Shown here piece after piece: positions 1 through 13,619 of a stretch of DNA of 64,000 nucleotides. The stretch's first letter is position 1. Each line of letters begins with the position of its first letter. The position numbers and the translations under genes were made by a program. Below the pieces are notes generated by a model, which worked only from the letters and a program-made list of their open reading frames with translations, was not told the DNA's origin and did not search any database. Source of the DNA: the human T2T-CHM13v2.0 reference genome, Homo sapiens; assembly GCF_009914755.1 (NCBI RefSeq), contig NC_060932.1. The stretch is one strand, 5' to 3'.

Positions 1-441
1 CTGCCATAGGTTAAAACCTTACTCTGGGAAACTTCTGAGGAATTCCTTTTGCAATAAATGTCCGCTTAACTAGGGTACTAAATATTATCTTACTTAAAAC
101 TCATTATTACTACTTTGGGTTCTGATAAAACCATAAAACAAAACAGTCGGCCCTCATGGACTGGGGAGGCAAATAAATCCATCATGGTGATCCAGGGCTC
201 ATCACTTAACTTAGCAGAGGAGGTATAGGAGGAGCTCAAGTCCCCATTTTTAGATATCCTCTAGAGGCCACAAATTCATTCGGTAAATTGACTCAAGACC
301 CTCCATAGACTCTAAGAATAGTTCATAATTTTTTTATTTATTTGGCACACATGTGTTTAACATCTACAGCTTCCTGGTTTAGAAAGAATCTTTTTGTAAA
401 AATAGTATCCTACATAGGACAGGGAAATAACAGGAATCTGA

Positions 442-786
<345 letters not shown>

Positions 787-1249
787 TGGAGCATTTTCAA
801 TAATATTTTATCCTCATGATTTCACTGTAGAATTGATGTGAGATATGCTATATCTTGGTTTTTCTCCAAGGATAAGGGGTGTAGAGAAGCTAACTGCCAT
901 GATAAATTCATGCAACTCACGGTCCCAGGGGTGTAGAACCAGAACCATCCTCTTCACCCTCACCCCTTCCATGTCTCTGGCTGGATCACTTTCAGGGTTT
1001 CAGTGGCTGCTTCTGTTGGAAGGTACTATCCTGGCCAACATGGCTAAAAGTATTAATGTTTGTCTATCAAACTTATGAAAATATTAACGTTTATTCATCA
1101 AACATATGTACAAGTGAGAATCCCATTAATTGGTGAACAGAAAGAGAATATGCAATAATTTCTTAACCTCTTGCATCTTTTGCTCCCCCCAGCAAGGTGT
1201 GTAGAAAGAGAATTGGACTTGGTAGCAGAACAACTCCACTGAAGTTCTA

Positions 1250-1450
1250 AATATGGTGCTGTGTTATGTGACCTTGGGCAAGTCCTTGAACATCTCTTGG
1301 TCTCATTTGCTCTGCAGTAAAATAGGCACAATAGCACCCTTTCCATAGGGCTGTTTTGGAGGACCAAGTGAGAAAGGGGGGAAAATTCATTTTTCCCAAT
1401 GAATAGGGAAAAGGTCAGCATCATGGCCGGCATCAGCAGGTGCTCGCTAA
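1250..1450 (+). mobile_element. MIR
   Basis: Core GTGACCTTGGGCAAGT...CTCATTTG...GTAAAATAGG...CATAGGGCTGTTTTGGAGGA. Confidence 0.7.
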
Positions 1451-2049
1451 ACATGGACTATTCATCTGAATGAGATAAAGGTTCAGTTTGGTTGGGTTGT
1501 TTACAACGATGAGCCCTCCAGAGTTGGGGACATTCTCCCCATTGTTTTACTTCCACAGAGAACTAGAAAGAAAAAGAGCACGAAAGTGATAGATGCAAGA
1601 AAGAACGAGAGAACCACTGTTGGCTTCCAGCCCGACTCCCCTCCTCAGATTGCTAGCCAGGGGTGAAAGACATCTGTGGATGTGCACCCAGAGTGGACTG
1701 CCAGACCCCCACTGAGGGTTTTCCTGCATGGAAATCCTTATTCTAACCTGAAATTAAGCAAAGACCCATTAGAGAAGCAGTTGAAGGTGAGCAGAAGGCT
1801 GCTTTTTGTTTTGTTTTGTTGTCTTTTTTCCTGGGGCTGAGGAGGCTGTGGCTCTGTATACAGATCCCACGAGCCCTGCTTGAGTGTCACTCATCAGTCA
1901 CAGCAACCGTGTGATGCTTGGCTGTGTTGATGGCCTTCTCCAGGAGGAGCCCCAGGGCTCTCTTATGTTAGCAGTGCCCCAGGAGCAGGGAGGAGTTGCT
2001 TGGATCACTGCCTCTAGTTGGTCTTGTGACCTCTGCCTCTGCTCCATCA

Positions 2050-2415
2050 GATCTGTTCTTCACTCGGCAGCCATTCTCAGGACCTGAAATGCCCTCCTTT
2101 CCAACTCAACCTCTCCCATTTTCTAAACGTTCTCATTGCCCTAATTCCTACACACTCACCCTGCAGATCTCACTGAACATGCCCTCCTTGGGGAGGCCTT
2201 CTCTGACCACCCGGAACATGACTTGCTCCAATCACATCTTGTGCTTAGGAAAAGCATTTACTACAATTGGAATTATTTGCACAGTTATATGCTTAAAATC
2301 TACATCTCCTGCCAGATGCTAAACTCCACTGTAGGGGGATTCTGTCTTGTTTCATATTGTATCCCTGGCACCTAACGCCATTCCTGACAGATGCTTAATA
2401 AGCATTTATTGTCAT
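2050..2415 (+). mobile_element. L2 3' fragment
   Basis: GGGAGGCCTTCTCTGACCAC...TGTATCCCTGGCACCTAAC...ATGCTTAATAAGCATTTATTG, typical of the L2 3' end. Confidence 0.7.
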
Positions 2416-2894
2416 TGACAAATTGACAATTTGTTGCCATTGACGAGCATTTTATTTTGCTGTGGCGCCAGCATCCCACCTTCAGGCTTTTTGCTCTTCT
2501 GGATAAATGCAGGCACCTCTTCCTTGTTGGACACAGCTCTAGTTGCAAGGGATATATTCCCTAAATGACCCAGGCCATTCATTCAAGGAACTCCTGCTGC
2601 AGGAATCAATGCTTTGTGGTAAAAACCACACCACATTTCTTCAATTACCAGGCTAATAAATAAGGCAACAACAACAACAACCCACAGTGTTTTCTAACTC
2701 CATTCTGAATCTCAGTAAAGAAATCTGTGTCATTACCATGATGTTCCTTAAGCAGAATCTGCATTGATTAGATTATCTGCATTGTGAGTTTGCTCTGAAT
2801 GGGTCCAAAGCAGCAAGAAAATACTAATTTTGGATAAAAGAGGACGTAGAACAACTGTTGCAGATTAGAAATTAGGAGGTGCCCCAAAAAGCCA

Positions 2895-3030
2895 TTGAAG
2901 GAAGGGAAGAAGAACAAGAGGAAGGAAAACAAAAGGAAGGAAGCAAGGAAGGGAGAAAAGGTAGATGGGAGGATGGATGTTGGGGTGGAAAGCAGGATAA
3001 AATGATAGATTGAAGGGAGGATAGGAAGTA
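2895..3030. repeat. GA-rich low-complexity tract
   Basis: Degenerate (GGAA)n purine run. Confidence 0.8.
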
Positions 3031-3389
3031 ACAAAGACTGAGGAAAACATAAATCAGGTAATAAACAAAACCAATTAGTTATGTCTGTGATTACCAGCAC
3101 AGGGAGCCGATCTATTAAACTGACAAGAGAGAAAAGAGCATGGAAAGTTACAAGCAACCAGTCCTCTGGCTAACCTTGCCAGCTGTATAAGAATCTGTAT
3201 TAAAGGAAGCTTTGCTCCTACCACTTTACCAAGCCCGTAGAAAAAGCAGCACCCAACAGCATCCTCGGGACAAAGATGGGTGTGTCCTGAGATGGTGGCA
3301 GGAAGGTGCTACCAAAAGACAAATGTTCCACCATCCTCTTCTCTTCCCCAGCCTCCCCTCTCAGGTCTGCAGGGCTTTTAAGGGCTCAT

Positions 3390-3570
3390 TAAAGTTGTCA
3401 TATAAAAATGCAGGATATCCAGTTAAATTTGAACTTCAGATAAACAATGAATACTTTTTTAAGTATGTCCCAAATGTTGATGGGCATACTTACACAAAAA
3501 ATCTGTGGTTTATCTGAAGTTAAAATTTAACTGAACATCCCGCATTTTTATTTGCTAACTCTAGTAATCC
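3390..3570. mobile_element. MER53 palindromic hAT MITE
   Basis: AAAAATGCAGGATATCCAGTTAAATTTGAACTTCAGATAAAC...AAGTATGTCCCA...TGGGCATACTT...GTTTATCTGAAGTTAAAATTTAACTG; self-complementary and resembles the MER53 consensus. Confidence 0.85.
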
Positions 3571-3809
3571 ACATCACTGAGTATATTATCCCCTCCTTCA
3601 GATTCCTTTGTGTTCATGGCTGAAAGAAGGCCATGTGTTTATATTTCCACAGTCTAAGGATTCCATTTGCATCAGGATTATATTGATCTACGCTGTGGCC
3701 AGCGGAGGCTAATATTATGTCTGAGGTGAGGAGTGAGGCTCCTTCTTCTTCCTTCTGAGTCACCGTTGATTCTCACTTCCATCCAATCCTGTTCAAACAT
3801 CAGGCCTCT

Positions 3810-4223
3810 TGTAATAAAAAGTTTGACTCAATTTTTTGATGCTTGACTGCTCACAGCTTTTGGACATCACCCGTTCCTCTTCCTCCTTGTGCCCTACACA
3901 TCTGGGCTAGCTGATAAGAAAAGGTGCTCCTTCCTCGACACCAGCGGGAGACTCAAACCAGGCAAGCCCCCGTTCCTATGCAGGAGCCCTCATTCTGTAT
4001 GTACCCCCTAATGGCAATAAAAACCCCGAGCTGTCTCTTTTCCTCTTCTCTCAAGCCATCTTGGGACTAGTTTGGTAGGCTTGTCCTGCTCTGCTGAGAA
4101 GCTCCCATTATGTAAGTAGAAAACCTGTTCGTATCCCTTTAGTGTATGTATAGCATCATCAATCTTGATATCTGAACTAAATTTTGGATAGTGGTCCATT
4201 CTGTCTAAAGAGTGGTCACAACA
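3810..4223 (+). mobile_element. Solo LTR (ERVL, MER54/MER73-like)
   Basis: TG...CA termini with 5-bp TSD CCTCT (3805-3809, 4224-4228) and internal AATAAA. Subfamily uncertain. Confidence 0.75.
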
Positions 4224-5007
4224 CCTCTCAAAGTCTTTCCCTAGTTTATTCATGTCTCAGCAACCACACTGCAGGGACAGGAAAGGAACAGAATTCCTAT
4301 TTGTGTTCCTACTGCATGCCAATTACACTGCTAAAAAGTATATATATTCCCTATTTATACAGCAGGTGTGGAGATGCCCTAACTATACCTGCTGGTGTTT
4401 CCACATCATCCTGGAGGCTCAGAGTGTTGTCTTAAGGGCACAGAGTTAAACCTGGCCATGTCCGACAAAAACACCACTTTCCAGGCCCAGCCAATAGGAT
4501 ACCCCGTGGTGAGTGGAAATGGTAGCTATGGCTCAGAGTTCAGGGAGTAAAGAGACTCCAAAGAGGTAAGAACCTCTGGGGTTTTCAAGGCCCATCAATC
4601 ACTAAACAGACCAAACCAAGTGGGGTCTGGGCGGAATAAGAACAGACTCAGAGAAGCCCCACAGCAAATGGCCATCCAACTCTGGAAAGGTCTTAGTGCT
4701 GTTGAGGGCAACTTGTCACCCATTCCCAGGCTCTGGCTGGACAAGAATTATATTTTCAGAACAAATTGGATGCCACTGAGAAGTAACAAATACAGCATAT
4801 TGACTGATTGAGTGCATTAATTCTTTCTTACCCAGGGGAAGAAATGATTCTCAGTTGTTTTATTGCTGTGTTTAAAATCAGCTTTTCACAAGAATGTAAG
4901 AGAGGTGAGAAAGAGGAATAAACTAATTTTTAAAAAACACAAAACCACCTTTATTTGTCATAAGGAAAAGAAATACAGCCACAAGGAAATCCTTGTCTCT
5001 CAACAGT

Positions 5008-5190
5008 TCTTTTTTTTTTAGACAGGGTCTCACTCTGTCACCCAGGCTGGAGTGCAGTGGCACCATCGTGGCTCACCAGTGTCACCTCCTGAGTAGCTGG
5101 GACAACTGGCATGCACCACCACACCTGACTATAATTTTCTTCTACTTTGTGTAGAGACAGGGTCTATGTTGCCCATGCTGCTCTCAACTT
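5008..5190 (-). mobile_element. Truncated, internally deleted AluJ
   Basis: Poly-T, GACAGGGTCTCACTCTGTCACCCAGGCTGGAGTGCAGTGG...; ends shortly into the left monomer. Confidence 0.9.
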
Positions 5191-6143
5191 CATTTCCTGT
5201 CACTGCTACCATTTCTTAATCAAAGCCTTCACTGTCTTCACTGTCTCCCATCTGAACTCAAAAATATTAACTGCTCAGCCTCTTTAAGGCTCCCCACCTG
5301 TTCAAGTCATGTCCTTTCTCAAAAATCTTCCACGGTTCCCTACTGATGACAGATTAAATGCCAAACCCCATAGCCTCGTACTCAGGGCCTCTCAAGGCCG
5401 CACCCCAACCTGATTGGAGTCACTAAACTCCTCACCCTACCTTGACCTTGACAAGTGTTTTTATTGCCTCTCCAGCCCTATAAAGGAAGCTCGGAGGAGA
5501 ATAAAAACAAAACATTTTGTAAACATGGATGTGTTTCCCAAAAGTTAACATTAAAATTCCAACTCTCTCCTTCTCCTTGGAGTCTTCCTTGGTGTTTAGG
5601 TGGAGATGGTCACTTCCATTCGGTGTCTTTCCTCTCCCCAGGGAGCACTGAGTGCACCTATGGAGTTTTGCTGTGCTTCCCTCTGCAGCACTGAGAAAGG
5701 CGCTGGCATGTGGTAAATGCTCAAGAAACGATGGCTCCATTCTATTGCATCTATTTCGTATTGACTGTAGATGCTGTTACATTGCTTTTGTCATTTTTAA
5801 GAATTCCATGAACCAGAGGGCAGCTGAACTATTCAAAAATATTGGTGTTAGGTGAATAGCAAGGTAGCTGGCAAGTATTCCTGGCAATCATTCAGTTGGT
5901 AATAATGAAAGATCGTACCTTTCCAAAGCTACTGTCTGTGGTCATCTTTTCAGAGAGTCTTCTTTCTGTATCTGGGAAACTGAGACTTTCTTTATACAGG
6001 TCCAAAGTTTATCAGCAATGGTACCGGTATTGGTTTTCTCCTTACGTTTTGTTTTTCCTAGGAAACTGAGAGTAGTCTCAAGGGACTTTTTTGGTGATAG
6101 TATACTCACTACAAAGCTGGCAAACAATAAGAAAAAGTCACCC

Positions 6144-6467
<324 letters not shown>

Positions 6468-6539
6468 AAGAAAATATCACCTAGAACACGGAACGCCAAA
6501 AAACGCTATCTGCGGTTGGCTTGCTTACACAGGAGACAT

Positions 6540-6745
6540 GATAAGGCACAATGGTTAAGGACAGGCTGTTGGCATCAGAGGACCCTGAATGCCAGTGCTG
6601 GCTTCAAGACCTCGTGGCTGTGTGACCCTGAGGAACTCATACTTCTCTGTGCATCAGTTTCCTCAACTGATGCATCGGGGTTTTTGTGTGGATCACGTGA
6701 GATAATGCAACAGTACTGGCAAAGTAAGCACTCAACAGTATCTTA
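6540..6745 (+). mobile_element. MIR, followed by a (TCA)n tract
   Basis: GCTGTGTGACCCTGAGG...CTCTGTGCATCAGTTTCCTCA...TGGCAAAGTAAGCACTCAA. Confidence 0.7.
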
Positions 6746-7268
6746 ATCACCTTCATCATCTTCATCATCATCATCATTCTTGTCTCTCTGACTCTATGTC
6801 CTTCTATTTCAAGTTACCTCCCTCCACTTGAGCTTCACTTGTCTCTTTCCTCAAACTTGCCTGGCATTATCCCCCCATTTAGGGTACACGTGCTGTTCTC
6901 TGTGCCTCAAATGCCTCCCTACTCCCATATCCTCATGGCTTGAATGTCTCCATCCCCAATATTCTCATGGATCCAGGATCCTCTCATATCTTCACGGCTT
7001 GAATATCACCCCCTATGTCCTCATAGTTTGGATGCCTCCCCTCGTGTCCCTGTGGCTCCAATTCTCCCCACCATGTCCTCATGGCTCCTTACCTCCTCAT
7101 TACCTCCTTCAGGTCTACCCCAGTCTCCCCTTCTCAGCAGTGTCCTCTCTTACCCCCCCAGTTAAAAAAATAATACCTGATCCTCCTTCTCTACATTTTG
7201 GGTTGCCTTAACACTTGCAATTCTAATATACTAACAGTTTTATTTAGTTTAGTGTCTATCTTTCCCTG

Positions 7269-7810
7269 TGTGATGGTTAATATTGAGTGTCAACTTGATT
7301 GGATTGAAGGATGCAAAGTGTCATCTCTGGGTGTGCCTGTAATGGTGTTACTAAAGATTAACATTTGAGTCAGTGGACTGGGAGAGGCAGACCCATCCTC
7401 AATCTGGGTGGGCACCATCTAATCAACTGCCAGCATGGCTAGAATAAAGCAGGCAGAAGTTGGAAGGACTAGGCTTGATGAGTCTTCCGGCTTCCATCTT
7501 TCTCCCCTGCTGGATGCTTACTGCCCTGGAACATCACACTCCAAGTTGTTCAGCTTTTGGACTCTTGGACTTACACCAGTGATTTGCCAGGGTCTCTCAG
7601 GCCTTCAGCCACAGACTGAAGGGTGCACTGTCGGCTTCCCTACTTTTGAGGTTTTAGGGCTTGGACTGGCTTCTCTGTTCCTCAGCTTGCAGATGGCCTA
7701 CTGTGGGACTTCACCTTGTGATTGTGTGAGTCGATTCTCCTAATAAACTCCCCTTCATATATGCATCTATCCTATTCGTTCTGTCTCTCTAGAGACCCCT
7801 GACTAATACA
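7269..7810 (+). mobile_element. MLT2A solo LTR (ERVL) inserted in an L2
   Basis: TGTGATGGTTAATATTGAGTGTCAACTTGATTGGATTGAAGG...GACTAATACA; TSD CCCTG at 7264-7268 and 7811-7815. L2 sequence resumes to ~7940. Confidence 0.92.
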
Positions 7811-9526
7811 CCCTGCTAAAATGGAGGCTTCATGAGGCCATTGATTTGGGTCTGTTTTGTTCACTGCTATAACCCCAGTGCCTAGAACAAGGCCTAGCAA
7901 GTAACAGTTGCTTAATAAAAATCTATTGCCTGAATGAAGAAATTATTAAAACCCAATTTTGTCTCAATTCTAATTTGACCCCTGTTCCCTCTACTCCTAA
8001 TCTCACCATACAGATTATAAAAGAGTTAAATTAGCAGAGGACACTGCTTTTAGAATCATGTACAGGGTCTCTTTTAAACACTCACTGTTACCACTAACAT
8101 CTGCTGAACTAAAAGTGTGTGCAGGCACTAGACCAGCTGCCCAGTGCTATGGACTGAAATAAAGGCCAGTCCCTTCTTGCATGAGTCCATAGGACTTTCA
8201 CATACACTATTTCAGCAGATCCTTGAAATATCATGAGAAAGGAAGAAGGAAGATTAATTATCCCAATATTAACAAAGTGGAGGGTGAAGAATTACGGGCT
8301 TACCCAAGGTTTTATATGTATAGCCAATAAGTACCCAAGGTGGAGGAGAACACAGATCTCTGTACTCCTTCCACTCTGCAGGGTATCTCATGGTAGAAAG
8401 CAGAGCAGAGGCTCAGAAAGGATGTGTGTATATTTGTGTGCTTAAGGAAAAGCTTTCCTGTTTAGCTATTTACTATCTGGTTACTATTTCCATGTCTTGT
8501 TAAGAGAAAATGAAAATGGAAGCTTAATCTAAAGAGAGGAAAGATGAACATATATCCACAAAGTGGTTTAAAAAAACCCAAACAGACAGACAAAAAAACC
8601 AACAAAGCCTCCCCACATCTCTATAAGACAGGTTCTGTGTGCCAGTAGGCAAACCACCTTCTATCTAAAGCTGTCTGTGTGTGCCTGGCTGGGTTTACTC
8701 ACATACCATGCTGCACACCCCCATCCATCCCCCTTCCCAGCAGGAACCACCTAAGATTTTTCCTGCTCATTCTAAATGCTAATAAGATAATTTAACTTCT
8801 ATTCAACTATCTTTATTTTTTCTAGTCTAATTACAGCAAATACTGTAAAAACAAACAACTCTGTAGAATCAGTGTAAAAAAATTGTATTCCCCAAATATT
8901 CTAAAGTTGTTCAAAATAGCTTGTAGTATTTTCCTGGACTATCACTATTCAGGCTAGGGACAGCTGAAGCAAGGTCAGGTAGATCCTACTCCCTGCTAGC
9001 CAGGCCAGGCCAAGGAGAGGAGGCACCCGGAATTCTGCATCCTGTATCCCTGTGTACACACACAGTAAACCACTTAAAAATACACATGCTGCTGAATCGC
9101 AAGATGTGCTAACTCCATTAAAAGAAATTGCAAAGAAAATTACATTCTGCTTTTTCCTGAATAATGTGACTTCTGGCCTTATCTATTTAATCTTGCAGCA
9201 CAGACAAGCTTATTAGTACACATAGCTCAGTAGTTATGATGTCAGCAAACACAGCTCCATAGAGGTGATCTAAGAAGAGGAGACTTTACAGCTATGCGTT
9301 TATCATGTGTAGCTAGCAAACACCTTAAATTTATACAAATGACATACAGTATATCATCAGAAGCACAAATATAGTCATGTAATAAATGGCTGGGACTGAC
9401 AACCTAAGCCTTCCTCATTGAAGATACAGCTAAAGTTTCAAACATGCTTACTCCTATAATCAAATTCAGCTTTATGGATGGGATTGAAACAAAAATGATT
9501 ACAGTGAAAGGAAAAAAAAAAGGAGG

Positions 9527-9848
9527 GGCTAGGTATGGTGGCTCATTTTCCCAGCATTTTGGGAGGCTGAGGCAGGAGGATCACTTGAGTCCAGAAGTTC
9601 AAGACCAGCCTAAGCAGCATAGGGAGACCTCATCTCTACAAAAAAAAAAAAAAAAAAAAAAATTAACCAAGCATGGTGGCATGCATCTGTGGTCTCAGCT
9701 ACTCAGGAAGCTGAGGTGTGAGAATCACTTTAGCCCAGGAGGTCAAGGCTGCAGCAAGCCATGATGGCACCACTGCACTCCAGCCTTGGCAATACAGCGA
9801 AAGCCTGTCTCAAAAAAAAAAAAAAAAAAGAAAAGAAAAAAAAAAAAA
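9527..9848 (+). mobile_element. AluJ, full length
   Basis: GGAGGATCACTTGAGTCCAGAAG...GGTCAAGGCTGCAG (J diagnostics) with long A tracts. Confidence 0.92.
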
Positions 9849-9849
9849 G

Positions 9850-10135
9850 GGCCGGGTGCGGTGGCTCACACCTGTAATCCCAGCACTTTGGGAGGCTGAG
9901 GTGGGAGGATCACGAGGTCAGGAGTTTGAGGCCAGCCTGGCCAACATAGCGAAACTCTGTCTCTACTGAAAAAAAAAAAATTAGCTGGGCGTGGTGGTGG
10001 GCACCTGTAATCCCAGCTATGTGGGAGGCTGAGGCAGGAAAATCGCTTGAACCCCTGAAGTGGTGCACCACTGCACTCCAGCCTGGGAGTGAGACTCTGT
10101 CTCAAAGAAAAAAAAAAGAAAGAAAGAAAAAAGAA
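9850..10135 (+). mobile_element. AluS (Sg-like) directly after the AluJ tail; right-arm deletion
   Basis: GGCCGGGTGCGGTGGCTCAC...GGATCACGAGGTCAGGAGTT; lacks the GGGAGGCGGAGGTTGCAGTGAGCCGAGATC block. Confidence 0.92.
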
Positions 10136-10544
10136 ATTCATCCACATAATTTTATTGAAGAAGAAAGCAATAAAGGAAGGATGCTATATGTAAGTATTCC
10201 ATTTGAATAACTGTGAAGATAAATTTGCTAGTTTTCTCTTTCCATTCATCATGAATTATGATGTGCAACAATGTATAAAATGATACAGAGCACTATGCTA
10301 ATCCTGAGTCAATTGCTTATTTCTTTAAGAATAGCTTTTTCCATTATAAGAAAATTATGCAAATATAGAATTTGACTGTATTCATAGAGAAGTGATAATA
10401 AAAGAACATAGAAGCACAGTAAAATACTAGAATTAACACAACAGTGATCAAATCTGAGTTGAATCCATTTTTGTTTCGTAGCAAAAAATAAAAATTTATG
10501 TATATAGTTTGATAAACTGATACTCATTAGATTACAAGGATTTT

Positions 10545-10895
10545 TTTTTAAGTTTAGGTTCCAGGATACAGTACAGAACGTGCAGGTAGGTTTGTTACAT
10601 AGGTAAATGTGTGCCATGGTGGTCTGCTGTGCCTGTCAACCTATTGCCTAGGTATTAAGCCCTGCATGCATTAGCTATTTGTCCTGATGCTCTCCCTCCA
10701 TCCAACCCCTGGACAGGCCCCAATATGTGTTGTTCCCCCTCCCCTGTGTCCCTGTGTTCTCATTGTTCAGCTCCCACCTATGAGTTAGAACATGTGGTGT
10801 TTGGTTTTCTATTCCTGTGTTAGTTTGCTGAGGATGATGGCTTCCAGCTCCATCCACGTCCCTGCAAAGGACATGATCTCATTCCTTTTCATGGC
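10545..10895 (-). mobile_element. 5'-truncated L1PA 3' end
   Basis: L1PA 3' UTR in antisense (GTTTGTTACATAGGTAAATGTGTGCCATGGTGG...CCTGCAAAGGACATGATCTC); 13-bp TSD TTACAAGGATTTT at 10532-10544 and 10896-10908. Confidence 0.93.
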
Positions 10896-13619
10896 TTACA
10901 AGGATTTTAAATATATATTTACATATGTATTAAAGAGTGTATTTTAAAATATTTAAATTTATTCCCAGTAGATCAAATAGCAGGATTGAAAAATTAGAAT
11001 GAATATCATTCCTAGAATAAAGGCCATGAGCTATGCACTTTAGCACATGAGAGATGCTTGGAATAGTGTCTTTACTCAGGAAGATTCCATCTCCCTTTCA
11101 GTTATTTCACAAGAATTTCCTGAAAACTCAGTGTGTTCCTGGATATTACAGTAGGTCCAAGCATGATATGGGATGGAATGGCAGGGGAGACTGGTCAGCT
11201 GGTAGAGCAGATAGAGGACTGCTTTATACAAAAGTTGTGATATCTATATTCAAATAGCATAATCTAGTTAAGGCAATAACACGTTACACATGAAACATTT
11301 AAGTCTACAACAAAGGTAGGAGTTCTCTTCACTATGAGATTGGGTTAAGGAGCAATTAGAATTGTTGGGTTTTGCCTTTAACCTAACCTATTAAGAAAGG
11401 TAAAGGTGGTTTTATGGGCACAGGGGGATGTTGACAGGTGAGTACAAAGGGAAAGTGATACTTTCCTCTTGAACTTTCCCTGCCTTTCATTCCCTGGACT
11501 ACCTCAAATAACACTGAGCTGTGAGTGACACTATCAATTCTGAGGCTGTTTTCATTATTCACAGATGCCAGAAGAAATAGGATGACAATAAACCAATCTC
11601 TTCATGAATTTATGAGGACAGATATCAGAATCAAATTATAAAAATGTCCTGAGGATGAGGCACACAGCAAAGCTGTGACCAAGTTTTGTCTGAAATCTGC
11701 TCCTAATTGCTAAGGGAGCAAAGGACTGAGTAACCCCCAACACTTGAGTAACCACAGTAAGTGGGAAAGGATCCCTTCGGGCCAAGGCTCGGCTGGGAAA
11801 TCACAGAGGTGGTTTGGACAGCGTGTGAACTCCTTTAAACCCGAGAGAAGTTAAGAAGGCACTGAGATGTAAACAGCCCAGAGCCTTGACTTGGAGAAGT
11901 GTCTTCCAAGGAGAATGCAATTTGTTGGTGGAACGAACCAAAGACAGATCGACAGATCAAGGCTCAGGCCCTGGGCCATCATGCTACCTCTGATAGCCCC
12001 TTTCTCCCTTCCTCAGCTCCTACCATCTTTGGCATTCAGGGTCCTCATGATCCTCCCCAAAGACTCCAGTCCAGCCCCCTCAGTCCCCTGGTGCTCATCT
12101 ACTGCAGGCAGGGAAGCACAGTCTACCTGTATCAACCTAGATGGGAATCCCAGCTCTGTCTTCCCAGCAGACTATCCCTGACCTCCACCTCTTCCCAAAG
12201 CAAATATATTTTTAGCTTCTTGAAACCAGAGCATTTTAAACATCTCCAATTTCAAACAGAACCAAATCCTTACATGTGCATAATTCAAAGTTCACTTGGG
12301 TGATTATCATAGTCAAAGAAACAGTTCCAAAGTAACTGAGAAGTCTCCATCTCTAGCAAGACACGTAGTGCTGGCAGATCTTAAAATGAGTTTTTATCTT
12401 TTATCTTCTTTCTATCAAGTTTTAAAAGTCTTAGGATCTGAGTTTCAGGCTGTGCAGAGATCCAGTTTCACTTCTAGTTTATCTACCATATATCTTCGTT
12501 GTCAAGATCAAGCTTAGTCAGGCAAACTACCTATGGAAATTTCTACTAAGCACGTGTCCCTGCCATGGGAGCAGGAAGCTATTACAATCGGCAGGCTGTT
12601 ACAGCAGTGCTGCTTGGCCCTTTATACTTCCAGGCACACAGAGAAAATGACACTATGTATGCAGTACTCTGGTAAGTGGATGAGAATGCTGAAGGCTCCA
12701 GGAAGCCGGGTACTCCTGCTGCCTGGAAAGCCAAGGGATCAATAACACCTCATTCACAGCTCACCTGGGATGAGAAATCCTGACTTAAATAACCAAAATA
12801 AAATTTAATAATCGTATGGTGAGGAAAGACTGCTGGTGCCTTTGTAGGAATCAAAGCAGTGGCTTTGAAGCATTAGTCTTTGGATCTTCATGTCATCATC
12901 AAGCATTTCTGGGGGGTAGGGTGGGGGGGACTATTCATTTCACCGAGAACGTCCTTGATAAAGCAGTAAAAATTAAAATTTTATGAACTCTCAAAAAACG
13001 TAGTAATTGCAGAAAAAAGAAAATCCAACAAACCTATTATGCATGCTCCACCATTGATTCAGAATAACTCAATTGCTTTTTCTTAGATAATAGAGCCACT
13101 TTACCATTTTAGCCTGTCATCTCTTATTGTTTAAAATACACATAAACCCAGACGGGTGATGTTCAGTGCCCAGCCATCACGCCCTGGTGAGCAGCAGTTT
13201 TCATTATGTGGAAACGGGCTTTGAAATGCAATGACTGAGATGTAGGGGGAGAAAATCTGACCACAGAAGATTTTCTTTTCATTTCCCAGCTTCCCTCATA
13301 CTGTGTCAGGTTTTCTTTGAAGACAAAATTAGATGTACTAGAGCCAAAGAATATTGCACGGTGGTCTTTCCAAGCATTGTGGAGTGACTCGAGTTAATTA
13401 GAAAACTTTATAGATAGGACTTGGTTAAGACAGTTCTTTTCTGGGAAAAGACTTAATTACAAAGTGATGTCACAATGCAGTGAGTGGGCCCTGCTTCCCT
13501 AAGTCTGTTCTGTCCTGCTATTTGGCATCACCACAATCACCTGCAATGTGATACGTCTCTAACTCATCCAAGGGCCTCCTAGTGTGCCAGTCCTAATGTT
13601 CACCCTCACTTCATTACTG

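Noticed and set aside
2768-3157. 129-aa Leu/Phe/Ser/Pro-rich ORF resembling a membrane protein
   Set aside because: It is the antisense translation of a GA-rich low-complexity tract.
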